NCBI GenBank assembly: GCA_016186325.1
Contig: JACPLW010000001.1
Span: 187-64,186, forward strand
DNA: 64,000 bases
Source of the DNA: Parcubacteria group bacterium
Lineage (GTDB): Bacteria; Patescibacteriota; Minisyncoccia; UBA10092
Direction: 5' to 3'
The position numbers and the translations under genes were made by a program. Position 1 is the stretch's first letter. Each line of letters opens with the position of its first letter. Of this stretch, positions 1 to 8,270 are shown one piece after another. The notes under the pieces were generated by a model. The model was not told where the DNA came from. It was given only the letters and a program-made list of their open reading frames with translations, and did no database searches.

Positions 1-24
1 GTGGCGGGACGCGTCTGCCTACTT

Positions 25-64
25 GTGCTCGAGGAGGGAGTTGAACCCTCAAGCCTTGCGGCAC
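25..64 (-). pseudogene. tRNA-Leu 3' remnant (variable arm, T arm, 3' acceptor strand)
   Basis: Minus strand GTGCCGCAAGGCTT-GAGGG-TTCAACT-CCCTC-CTCGAGCA; no 5' acceptor strand; anticodon arm replaced by hairpin CCCCGCAGTTGCGGGG (64-79). Confidence 0.7.
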
Positions 65-103
65 CCCGCAACTGCGGGGCGTGTTTGCTTTATTTTTAAA
101 CTG

Positions 104-187
104 TGCCCAGGGGGAGATTTGAACTCCCATGAGATTGCTCTCACAGCGCCCTGAACGCTGCGCGTATGCCAGTTTCGCCACCTGGGC
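104..187 (-). tRNA. tRNA-Leu(CAG)
   Basis: GCCCAGG...CCTGGGC-A acceptor, anticodon arm CAGCG-TTCAGGG-CGCTG, long variable arm, GGGAG-TTCAAAT-CTCCC T arm. Confidence 0.95.
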
Positions 188-990
188 TAAAGTTCTAATT
201 TAAATTCCTCCGGATAATTAAGGACTCTTAGTTTATCAATATTATTTACCAAAGTATATAACGGCTGATTTTTAAATAATCCGAATTGCGGCCATTCTTT
301 GGGAGCAATTTTTTTTAACTCCGTTGCCGATTCATAATTTGGATTTTTAATAATATCAACCCCGTTAGAAGTCCGATGCATTTGCGCATCGGCAGACACC
401 GAAGGTGTCTGACTTCTAACGGGGTCAATCAAGTCATTATTTTTTAAAAAATAGTACATGGCGCCGTGATTATTTTTATATGATTCATAATCATATACCG
501 CTCTTTCACTTACCCAGTTCGCTAAAATAAGCGGCTTATCGGAGACATTAATTGTATTGTGGCCGTAAGACGGCGGTATTAAGAATTTTTCACCCGGACC
601 CGCTTCAGTTGCGTACGCATTTGATTCCGATTGTATGAGAAAGTAAGCTTGGCCCAGCAATACTTCGTACACCTCGGGATAACCCTTGTGATAATGACCG
701 GCGGTTTTCACGAATTCATCATCGACGGTTCCCGGAGGAATAAGCGTTAAATCATATCTTAAACTTGCCTTTTTTAACTTCGGGGTGTCTTTCGTTAAAT
801 GAACGTAGCGCCATACGTAATAAACCGGATCCGGGCCTGTATCAGTATGGGGATTTTTAAGATAGGGCCTCAGTTCCTCCAAGCTTCTCTCGGATTTTTT
901 TATGAATTGAAAATCTCCATTAAACTCTAAGTTCATTTTTTCTTCGTCAAGAAAAATCGGCAAGCCGGATATTTTCTGTAAGTCTACCAT
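187..990 (-). CDS. Cupin-type (archaeal-like) glucose-6-phosphate isomerase family protein
   Basis: KTAGHYH, PEVYEVLLG, IPPSYGHNTIN cupin motifs; probable start ATG at 990 (track starts at 1035); carries an in-frame palindromic insert at 359-425. Confidence 0.85.
   Translation of the reverse strand: MVDLQKISGLPIFLDEEKMNLEFNGDFQFIKKSERSLEELRPYLKNPHTDTGPDPVYYVWRYVHLTKDTPKLKKASLRYDLTLIPPGTVDDEFVKTAGHYHKGYPEVYEVLLGQAYFLIQSESNAYATEAGPGEKFLIPPSYGHNTINVSDKPLILANWVSERAVYDYESYKNNHGAMYYFLKNNDLIDPVRSQTPSVSADAQMHRTSNGVDIIKNPNYESATELKKIAPKEWPQFGLFKNQPLYTLVNNIDKLRVLNYPEEFKLEL
359..425. repeat. CCCGTTAGA..TCTAACGGG palindromic element, in-frame in PGI
   Basis: 15-bp terminal inverted repeat ACCCCGTTAGAAGTC / GACTTCTAACGGGGT enclosing two internal hairpins; encodes DPVRSQTPSVSADAQMHRTSNGV. 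Confidence 0.9.
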
Positions 991-997
991 ATGTTTA

Positions 998-2698
998 CTA
1001 CTTCCAAACTCTTTCTGTTTCCACATACCACTCATTTATTTTTGAAAACCGGTTTGAGGGAATAGCCAGCTTTTTAAGATTAATGTTTTTTATCGAATTA
1101 TTTACCGCGTAAATATAGTTAGGGGAGTAAAGGAAAACGGCCGCGGCATCATTTAGCACCAATTTTTGAAATTCCTCAAGTTTTGAAGCCCTTTTAACCG
1201 GGTCGGCAATTTGGCGAGTTTCTTCCAAAATCTTATTAACATTTCTGTTGCTGTATAAAGAGAGATTTAATCCAGGATCTTTTATAGCCGCGCCGTGCCA
1301 AAAAACGTAAGGGTCGATTATGCCGGTATATGATTCACCTATCAGTATGGCATCGTAATTCTTAGTTCGTATATAGTTCTGGTGGAGTTCGCTTAAAGAT
1401 AGAATTTTAAAATCGCTTTCAATCCCGACATTTTTAAAGTAATCATGAATAAGCACCGTAGCCAGTTGAATTGATTTTGTGGTTATGATGGTAATCTTCA
1501 AGAGCGTTTCTTCCTTATCTTTTCCCAACTTTTTGGCGTAAATGCCATCGGCATTTTTCTTCCAACCATTTTTCTGTAAAATTTCTTCCGCTTTCTGCGG
1601 ATCATAAGTATACCCCTCCAGATTCGGACTTGAACCGGACATACCGGGAGGTATTGGACCAATCGCTACCTTTCCGTCTCCACCCAAGATTTTGTTTAAA
1701 AGGTCTTCTCGATTTACCGCGTAATTAATGGCTTTTCTAATGTTGCTGTCCTTAAAAATATTGTGGTCGGTGTTAAGGAAAATTGCGTAAACCCTGAAAG
1801 AAGGAAGTGAAAAAATCGAAGAGTTTGGCAAGCCGCGCAGTTGATTTTTATTTTGCGCTGTTTGAAGTAAGAGGCCGTCAACCTCTTTTCGATTAAAGGC
1901 GGAGATCGCTTCTTCTTCGGAAAGGTAAAACTTAAATACTATGTTTTTTATCAGGGGGACAGAACCAAAATAATTGTCGTTTACGCTTAAGTTCGAGGAA
2001 ATAATGCGCCCCAACGGGTCTTTTTGCAGTTTAGTTAATTTGTAAGGTCCGGTACCGACTGGTTTTAGGTTGAAGTCTGCCAGCGGAAAATTTTGTGGGA
2101 TAACCTTGCTCCAAATATGTTTTGGCAGAATGCCCAAAAGCGCCAAATTTTCAATGAAGGCGCCATAAGGCGTTTTTAAATTAATTATAACAGTGTCTTT
2201 GTCCGGAGACTCCGCTTTTACTCCTTGCCAAGCTGTCCTTAATGGGCTGTTATATTCCGGATTTTGCGCGGCGTTAATTGTGAAAATTACATCGTCAGCG
2301 GTAAAATCCGTCCCGTCGTGCCATAAGATTTTATCTTTAAGTTTTATAGTATAAGTTTTACCATCTTTTGAAATCTGATAACTCGCGGCTAAATCCGGTA
2401 TAAGTTCACCGTTTTCGCTGTACTTTAATAGCGATGAAAATATCAATCTGGAAAGGTCGCGGTCGGCGTCATTAGTTGACAGTATTGGGTTTAGGTTATG
2501 GGGCGATTCAGAAAGCGCCTCAACATATACGCCTCCTTCCGCCGGAGTTATCCTAGTTTGGCTGCGGTAAAGATTATTTGTTAAAAAAGAAATTGAAAAG
2601 AGAATTATAACAGCGAAAAAGGCCAACCAAAGCCTTTCTTTAGCATTAAGATGATTCCAAAGCTTGTTCCAGGTTTTTATTTTACCGAATTTACGCAA
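998..2698 (-). CDS. ABC transporter peptide-binding protein (family 5, OppA/DppA-like)
   Basis: N-terminal TM; PDLA..ISKDGKTYTIKLK..WHDG..FTADDV; PVGTGPYK; IRKAINYAVNR. Confidence 0.9.
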   Translation of the reverse strand: MRKFGKIKTWNKLWNHLNAKERLWLAFFAVIILFSISFLTNNLYRSQTRITPAEGGVYVEALSESPHNLNPILSTNDADRDLSRLIFSSLLKYSENGELIPDLAASYQISKDGKTYTIKLKDKILWHDGTDFTADDVIFTINAAQNPEYNSPLRTAWQGVKAESPDKDTVIINLKTPYGAFIENLALLGILPKHIWSKVIPQNFPLADFNLKPVGTGPYKLTKLQKDPLGRIISSNLSVNDNYFGSVPLIKNIVFKFYLSEEEAISAFNRKEVDGLLLQTAQNKNQLRGLPNSSIFSLPSFRVYAIFLNTDHNIFKDSNIRKAINYAVNREDLLNKILGGDGKVAIGPIPPGMSGSSPNLEGYTYDPQKAEEILQKNGWKKNADGIYAKKLGKDKEETLLKITIITTKSIQLATVLIHDYFKNVGIESDFKILSLSELHQNYIRTKNYDAILIGESYTGIIDPYVFWHGAAIKDPGLNLSLYSNRNVNKILEETRQIADPVKRASKLEEFQKLVLNDAAAVFLYSPNYIYAVNNSIKNINLKKLAIPSNRFSKINEWYVETERVWK

Positions 2699-2707
2699 GT
2701 GATTTAT

Positions 2708-2923
2708 TTAGACTAAAAACATGGCTAAACTGGTTGCGATAAACAATACTGCCAGTATAATAGTGGCGAAGAAAACAATTTTTTCTATGCCGCGGCGGGT
2801 ATGATAAAAGGTTGATTCGCCGCCGAAAACCGAAGAAAGACCGCTGCCGCGGGATTGAAGCAAGATCGCTCCGATTAGGAGAACGGAAATTATTATTTGA
2901 ATTATTGTAAGATAATTTAACAT
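2708..2923 (-). CDS. secG: Preprotein translocase subunit SecG
   Basis: ILLQSRGSGLSSVFGG..TRRGIEK motif between two TM helices. Confidence 0.92.
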   Translation of the reverse strand: MLNYLTIIQIIISVLLIGAILLQSRGSGLSSVFGGESTFYHTRRGIEKIVFFATIILAVLFIATSLAMFLV

Positions 2924-3276
2924 CAGTCTCGTTTATTGGTTGCTGCTGAAACAATAAAATTAAAGGCGCTTAAAATTAACGTTGTCAGAAAGTAGGCATA
3001 AAATCCGCTTATAGAAAGTTCGGGGGTAAAGTAGACCACCAACCAGAGAAGAAATATGTTGATAACAAAAGTAAAGAGGCCCAATGTGATAAGTATAAGC
3101 GGACTGAATATCAATTTCAAGACCGGTTTAAGAAAGGTGTTTACGAGAGCCAAAATAAGGGCGAGTTTTAGGAGAGCGATAAATTCGTAATTAAAAACAA
3201 TGTTCGGCACCAGCCAGGCGGCGGCAAGAATTGCCAAAGCGTTAGCGATAATACGAAACAAAAAACCAATAATCAT
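2923..3276 (-). CDS. 4-TM 'phage holin family' (YvlD-like) membrane protein
   Basis: ANALAI..LVNTFLKPVLKLIFSPLILITLGLFTFVIN signature; start taken at ATG 3276. Confidence 0.85.
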   Translation of the reverse strand: MIIGFLFRIIANALAILAAAWLVPNIVFNYEFIALLKLALILALVNTFLKPVLKLIFSPLILITLGLFTFVINIFLLWLVVYFTPELSISGFYAYFLTTLILSAFNFIVSAATNKRD

Positions 3277-3404
3277 TAATTTAATAGTAACACTTTGGCG
3301 CGTTTTTGACAAGTCGCTGTTTTTTGCTATTATATTTTTGTAAGTATCTTTGTCTAAAGCTCTTTAAAATCGCAGGAGAGAATAATGTCAATGAAGAGCC
3401 GGCT

Positions 3405-4067
3405 ATGAAAAAAATCAGAAAATCGTCTGGCGATGAAAGTGGTAATGGAGAGACGGGCAGGTTGAGTTTTCATAAAAGTTCGCGCTATATTTCTATTTCC
3501 GGAGAAATCGACCAGAAATTGGCCGACGAATTTTTTAATACTCTGATTGGTTTTGAGTCGCTTAAGTCAAGAAAACCCCTTACCATTTACATTAATAGCG
3601 AGGGCGGTGATGTTGACGATATGTTTAAAATTTATGACCATATCAAAAATTCTCCGCTTTTTATTACAACCGTTGTTGCCGGATGCGCGTTATCGGCCGG
3701 ATTTATAATATTTCTGGCAGGCGATTTGAGAAAAGCGTTCCCGCATGCCCTTTTTGGTTTTCATGCGCCGACAATTTATTATTCACGTGATTACAGCGAA
3801 GGACCGGTTGAAGCAGCGGAATTGGCTTTTTACCAAAAACAGATGTTTGAAACCATGGTGAAAATTGTTAAAGATAATTCAAATATGTCGGAAAAAGCGA
3901 TCAGGAAATATTTCCGCGTTTTAACCAGAATTGATGCTAAAACTGCTTTAAAATTCGGTTTGGCGCATCAGGTTGTCAATCCGCCGAAAAAGATTTTGCC
4001 CAAATCCTGGCCCGCTTCGCCAAAGCTCCAGCGAGGCGAGCAGAAAATTTTAAAACCCCGCCCTTAA
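3405..4067 (+). CDS. ClpP-like serine protease
   Basis: ISGEI, IYINSEGGDV, GCALSAG (catalytic Ser), GFHAP (His), A..FGLAH; C-terminal WPASPKLQRGE is a hairpin insert. Confidence 0.8.
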   Translation: MKKIRKSSGDESGNGETGRLSFHKSSRYISISGEIDQKLADEFFNTLIGFESLKSRKPLTIYINSEGGDVDDMFKIYDHIKNSPLFITTVVAGCALSAGFIIFLAGDLRKAFPHALFGFHAPTIYYSRDYSEGPVEAAELAFYQKQMFETMVKIVKDNSNMSEKAIRKYFRVLTRIDAKTALKFGLAHQVVNPPKKILPKSWPASPKLQRGEQKILKPRP

Positions 4068-4082
4068 GCTTAAGGGCGGGGT
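4055..4082. terminator. Hairpin terminator / repeat ACCCCGCCCTT-AAGCTT-AAGGGCGGGGT
   Basis: Perfect palindrome between convergent genes; near-identical copy at 7687-7716. Confidence 0.7.
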
Positions 4083-4174
4083 AAAAGAGCCTAAATAAGC
4101 TCTTTTATTTTATATAAGTGTTAATGCTGAAAAATAAAAAATCGCTGGATAAATCCAGTCGATTGTTCGTATTC

Positions 4175-5134
4175 TTATTCTAACATTTTTTTGAAAAATC
4201 TGTCCTTGATTAAATGAACTTTTTCGAAGTAATGAATTTCACAATCAAGACATGGGGTTCCATCTCCTCGGTCTTTAAGATGCGGGAATACTCTCACCAT
4301 GGCTTCTGTAGCTCGGTCTTTGCTTTTTGATGAGTAGAAAGTATTAATATCCCATCGTGCGTTCTGACAAGTGTACTTCAGATTTGCGAACATTGTTAGA
4401 GCTCGGCTTACGTATTCTTTAGCCGCCCAAAGATTAAGACGATCGTTTTCATCACGAAGTTGTTTTTCGGCATCAATACAGAGACTTGGATAACAGAATG
4501 CCAGAGGAGAAACAAGATGGAGTGCGGTTAGATTTAATCCACCAGCCACTCCGAGACCTAAACGAAACTTCTCTGCCGCAAGTGCGTCAAGATAATCTTT
4601 AGCTATATTTGTATCGAGCGCTTTTCCTAATCCACTGCTTTGGTCAAGAAGAATATAGTCAACTAGGTCATGGTACTCTTCAAGTTTTTTTGCTAACGCG
4701 TCGGGATAATATCCTATTTGTTCAAAAGCGTTATGCCCAACTTGTAAAACTATCTTCATATCCCAATGGCGTCTTCGATAATTTTCAAGCGCATGTATAT
4801 CGGGCCATGCAATGTTGAGCTGGAATCCGTGTAAGTTCGGGCCCGAAATATCCGTTGCCTCTACCATTTGGTCGTACAGCGTAGAAAGCTCTCTGGTATT
4901 ATAATGCATCAAATTAAGCGCCCGTGGATGGTCGGTAAATATTTCTGCAATATCTTTTGCCGTTGGATAGAGATTTGGTCTGCTATTCTGTCCGCCTCTT
5001 ATTGTATTTTGACTTGCAAGTACGCCAATCATCAATTTGTGTTTTGAACCATATGGCATTATTGCCAAAACGGCATCACTTTCTTTCTTAGTCATGAATC
5101 CCGTAACTCCAATATACGGCGTCCATTTTGACAT
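4175..5134 (-). CDS. Hypothetical TIM-barrel protein (TrpF/PRAI-like)
   Basis: IGVTG, FQLN, LLDQSSGLG, GVAGGL, IDAE motifs resemble PRAI-like barrels; SD AGGAG upstream. Confidence 0.55.
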   Translation of the reverse strand: MSKWTPYIGVTGFMTKKESDAVLAIMPYGSKHKLMIGVLASQNTIRGGQNSRPNLYPTAKDIAEIFTDHPRALNLMHYNTRELSTLYDQMVEATDISGPNLHGFQLNIAWPDIHALENYRRRHWDMKIVLQVGHNAFEQIGYYPDALAKKLEEYHDLVDYILLDQSSGLGKALDTNIAKDYLDALAAEKFRLGLGVAGGLNLTALHLVSPLAFCYPSLCIDAEKQLRDENDRLNLWAAKEYVSRALTMFANLKYTCQNARWDINTFYSSKSKDRATEAMVRVFPHLKDRGDGTPCLDCEIHYFEKVHLIKDRFFKKMLE

Positions 5135-5273
5135 TTGCGACTCCTATCTAGTATTGTTCAAGAACAAAAAATTAATTATCCTATACGATAATATAAATAT
5201 ATCTTGCTGTCAAAAAATAAAAATTTGACATCAGATTGATGTTTTGCTATTTTAATTATTAATTACAAAAACT

Positions 5274-5561
5274 ATGGCGAAACAATTAAATATAAAACCT
5301 TTAGGCGATCGGGCGGTTATCGCGCCGATAAAAGAAACCGAAAAAACCAAATCCGGCATTATTTTGCCCGAAACCGTGGATAAGGAAAAACCGGCCCAGG
5401 GCCGGGTGGTGGCGATTGGGGCGGGTGAAAAAATAAAAAAATCCGGAATTAAAAAAGGCGACGAAGTCGTTTATGAAAAGTATGCCGGCACTGAATTTAA
5501 AACAGGCAGCACTGATTATAAGATTTTAAAAGAGGACGAAATCCTCGCGATTTTAGAATAA
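5274..5561 (+). CDS. groES: Co-chaperonin GroES
   Basis: IKPLGDR, TKSGIILP, GRVVAIG, YAGTE, EDEILA. Confidence 0.98.
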   Translation: MAKQLNIKPLGDRAVIAPIKETEKTKSGIILPETVDKEKPAQGRVVAIGAGEKIKKSGIKKGDEVVYEKYAGTEFKTGSTDYKILKEDEILAILE

Positions 5562-5566
5562 ACCCC

Positions 5567-5682
5567 AATTTTCAATTTCCAATTATCAATTTTCAACAAA
5601 TGATTTAATTTAACAATTTTCAAACGTTTGAAAATTAATTCATTGAAAATTCAATGAAAATTGAAAATTAAAAATTGTAAAT
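5567..5682. repeat. AT-rich ~7-mer tandem/inverted repeat (AATTTTC / GAAAATT)
   Basis: Runs of caatttt-like units mirrored by gaaaatt-like units around caaacgtttg. Confidence 0.7.
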
Positions 5683-5693
5683 TATATAAATAT

Positions 5694-7334
5694 ATGTCAA
5701 AACAAATAATTTCAGGCGTTGCCGCTAGAGAAGCGATAAAAAGAGGCGTTGACCAGTTGGCCAATGCCGTAAAAATCACCCTTGGCCCACGCGGGCGCAA
5801 TGTTATTTTGGATAAAGGTTATGGCGCGCCGGTCATTACCAACGACGGCGTTACTATTGCCAAAGATATAGAACTAAAAGACAAGTTTGAGAACATAGGC
5901 GCCCAACTGGTAAAAGAAGCGGCGTCAAAAACCAACGACATTGCCGGCGATGGCACTACAACGGCCGTAGTTTTGGCGCAGGCGATGATCGCCGAAGGCA
6001 TAAATCTTATAAATTCCGGCGCTAATGGCATGGTTTTAAAACGAGGTATGGATAGGGCGACAACTAAGGTTTCAGAAATTTTAAAAAAGAATGCCAAACC
6101 GGTAACAAAAGAGAAAATTAAAGATGTTGCCGTGATTTCTGCCAATGACGCGGAAATGGGCTCTCTTATCGCTGAAGTGATAAACAAAGTCGGCAAAGAA
6201 GGCGTGGTTACCGTTGAGGAAGCTCAAACGCTTGGAGTTGATTACGAGCTCGTTGAAGGACTTCAATTTGACCGCGGCTATGTTTCAGCCTATATGGTGA
6301 CCGATACTGAAAGAATGGAAGCGGTTATGGAAAAACCGCATATTTTAATAACTGACAAGAAAATTTCTTCTCTGACAGAAATAATGCCGCTTTTGGAAAA
6401 AGTTGTTAAATCTGGAAGCAAAAATTTGGTAATTATTGCCGATGAAGTTGAAGGCGAGGCGCTCGCTACTCTTGTTGTAAACAAATTGCGCGGCGTTTTC
6501 AACGTTCTCGCGGTCAAGGCGCCGGGATTTGGCGACAGGCGGAAAGAGCTTTTGGAAGACATCGCCGTAGTTGTTAACGGTGAGGTAATTTCAGAAGATA
6601 AAGGCATGAAGCTTGAAAGTGTTGATTTAAACATGCTTGGAGAAGCCAAAAAAATTATTGCCAACAAAGACAACACAACGATTGTCGGCGGTTCCGGCGG
6701 AAAAGGGGAAATTGAAAAGAAAATAAAACAAATAAAAGTCCAGCTTGAAAAAACCGAATCAGAATTTGACCGCGAAAAATTACAAGAACGGCTGGCAAAA
6801 CTTTCCGGCGGGGTGGCGGTGATTAAAGTAGGCGCCGCGACCGAAACAGAAATGAAAGAAAAGAAATTCCGCATAGAAGACGCCGTGGCAGCCACTAAAG
6901 CCGCGATTGAAGAAGGCATTGTTTCCGGCGGCGGAGTGGCTTTATTTGAGGCTGCAAGAGAACTAAAAAACCTTAAAACTTTGGCGGGTATTTCTGAATT
7001 CGGCGATGAAGCTAAGGGCGTTAATTTGGTAGTTAACGCGCTTGAGTCGCCGATGAGGGTTATCGCGCGTAATGCCAATAAAGATGAAAATGAAGTAATT
7101 CAAACTATCAGTTCCGTGGAAAAAGGAACGGGTTTTAATGCCGTTACCGGCGAATATGCCGATCTTATTAAAGATGGCGTAATTGATCCTCTCAAAGTGA
7201 CGCGCACGGCTTTGCAAAACGCCGTTTCTGTTGCTTCCATGCTTTTAACAAGTGAATTTTTAGTGGCTGATCTACCGGAAAAAAATAACCCACCAGCCGG
7301 CGGGATGCCCGGTATGGGCGATATGGGGATGTAA
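5694..7334 (+). CDS. groEL: Chaperonin GroEL
   Basis: [30 protein letters not shown] tail; real start MSKQI at 5694. Confidence 0.99.
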   Translation: MSKQIISGVAAREAIKRGVDQLANAVKITLGPRGRNVILDKGYGAPVITNDGVTIAKDIELKDKFENIGAQLVKEAASKTNDIAGDGTTTAVVLAQAMIAEGINLINSGANGMVLKRGMDRATTKVSEILKKNAKPVTKEKIKDVAVISANDAEMGSLIAEVINKVGKEGVVTVEEAQTLGVDYELVEGLQFDRGYVSAYMVTDTERMEAVMEKPHILITDKKISSLTEIMPLLEKVVKSGSKNLVIIADEVEGEALATLVVNKLRGVFNVLAVKAPGFGDRRKELLEDIAVVVNGEVISEDKGMKLESVDLNMLGEAKKIIANKDNTTIVGGSGGKGEIEKKIKQIKVQLEKTESEFDREKLQERLAKLSGGVAVIKVGAATETEMKEKKFRIEDAVAATKAAIEEGIVSGGGVALFEAARELKNLKTLAGISEFGDEAKGVNLVVNALESPMRVIARNANKDENEVIQTISSVEKGTGFNAVTGEYADLIKDGVIDPLKVTRTALQNAVSVASMLLTSEFLVADLPEKNNPPAGGMPGMGDMGM

Positions 7335-7339
7335 AATTT

Positions 7340-7687
7340 ATGCTTGTAATAAGATTGCAAAAAGTCGGGAAAAAACATACTGCCACCTTCAGGGTTGTGG
7401 TAACTCAAAAAACTGCCGCCGCGAAGCGGAAATATTTGGAGTTGCTCGGCAATGTTAATCGAAAAACCAAAGCGGTGAGTTTGAACAAAGAAAGAATTTT
7501 ATATTGGATTTCAAAAGGCGCCCAGCCCTCTGACACAATTCATAATTTATTAGTTTCACAAAGTATAATTTCCGGCGCTAAAAAACCGGTTCATAAAAAA
7601 TCAAAAAAAGAAGTGGCTAAAACAGAGGTAAAATTAGAGGCGGCGCTGGCTGAAACTCCAGTTGAAACGCCGGAAGTAGTATCTTGA
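7340..7687 (+). CDS. rpsP: 30S ribosomal protein S16
   Basis: MLVIRLQKVGKK..FRVVV..YWISKGAQPSDT. Confidence 0.95.
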   Translation: MLVIRLQKVGKKHTATFRVVVTQKTAAAKRKYLELLGNVNRKTKAVSLNKERILYWISKGAQPSDTIHNLLVSQSIISGAKKPVHKKSKKEVAKTEVKLEAALAETPVETPEVVS

Positions 7688-7716
7688 CCCCGCCCTTTGA
7701 GCTCAAAGGGCGGGGT
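7687..7716 (+). terminator. Hairpin ACCCCGCCCTTTGAGCTCAAAGGGCGGGGT
   Basis: Perfect palindrome directly after the rpsP stop; same family as 4055-4082. Confidence 0.65.
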
Positions 7717-7825
7717 TGACGGATTTTTGTGTTTCCGTTATACTATATGGCAATTAGTAGTTTGCCCTAATTTTACAGAGGGGCTTGGTCGACTACTCTA
7801 AATCTTAAATAAGTTATTCAAAGAA

Positions 7826-8149
7826 ATGACTAATACATCGGTTGATCAGGAGTTTCTTGAATACCTTGTGAAATCAATTGTTGATAATCCTAATGATGTC
7901 AAAATTGATCGCAGGGTAGATGAAATGGGCGTCCTCTTAAACCTTAAAGTAAATCCGGAAGATATGGGTATGCTTATCGGTCGAGAAGGCTCAACCGCTA
8001 AAGCTATCCGAACCCTTCTTCGCATCGTGGGCGCTCGCAACAACGCGCGTGTCAATCTGAAGATAGAGGAACCGGAAGGCGGAGCTCGTCCCAGAAAAGA
8101 AAGAACTCAAACAATGGATGAGGTTGTGGAAGATTTGAAACAGCTTTAA
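7826..8149 (+). CDS. khpA: KH-domain RNA-binding protein KhpA
   Basis: LVKSIVDNP..DMGMLIGREGSTAKAIRTLL; conserved position after rpsP. Confidence 0.9.
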   Translation: MTNTSVDQEFLEYLVKSIVDNPNDVKIDRRVDEMGVLLNLKVNPEDMGMLIGREGSTAKAIRTLLRIVGARNNARVNLKIEEPEGGARPRKERTQTMDEVVEDLKQL

Positions 8150-8270
8150 TCCGAAAAAAACAATCCCGCGCAGTTGCGGGGTTGTTTTTTTATTTGATTT
8201 TAATGGCTTTTAGGGTTATATAGTTTATAAAAGTCTTGGTATCTTAAAAACTTAATAGGAGCAGGCAAAA

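Noticed and set aside
2923-3276. Prophage suggested by the 'phage holin family' gene or the fibre-like gene at 45060
   Set aside because: This 4-TM family is a common chromosomal gene, and no terminase, portal, capsid or integrase is present in the window.
5661-5693. N-terminal extension of GroEL (MKIKNCKL..)
   Set aside because: It derives from the AT-rich heptamer repeat; the real start is ATG 5694.
5819-7408. Long antisense ORFs over groEL (and similar ones over dnaK, guaB, pcm and GT genes)
   Set aside because: Shadow frames of conserved genes with no motifs of their own.
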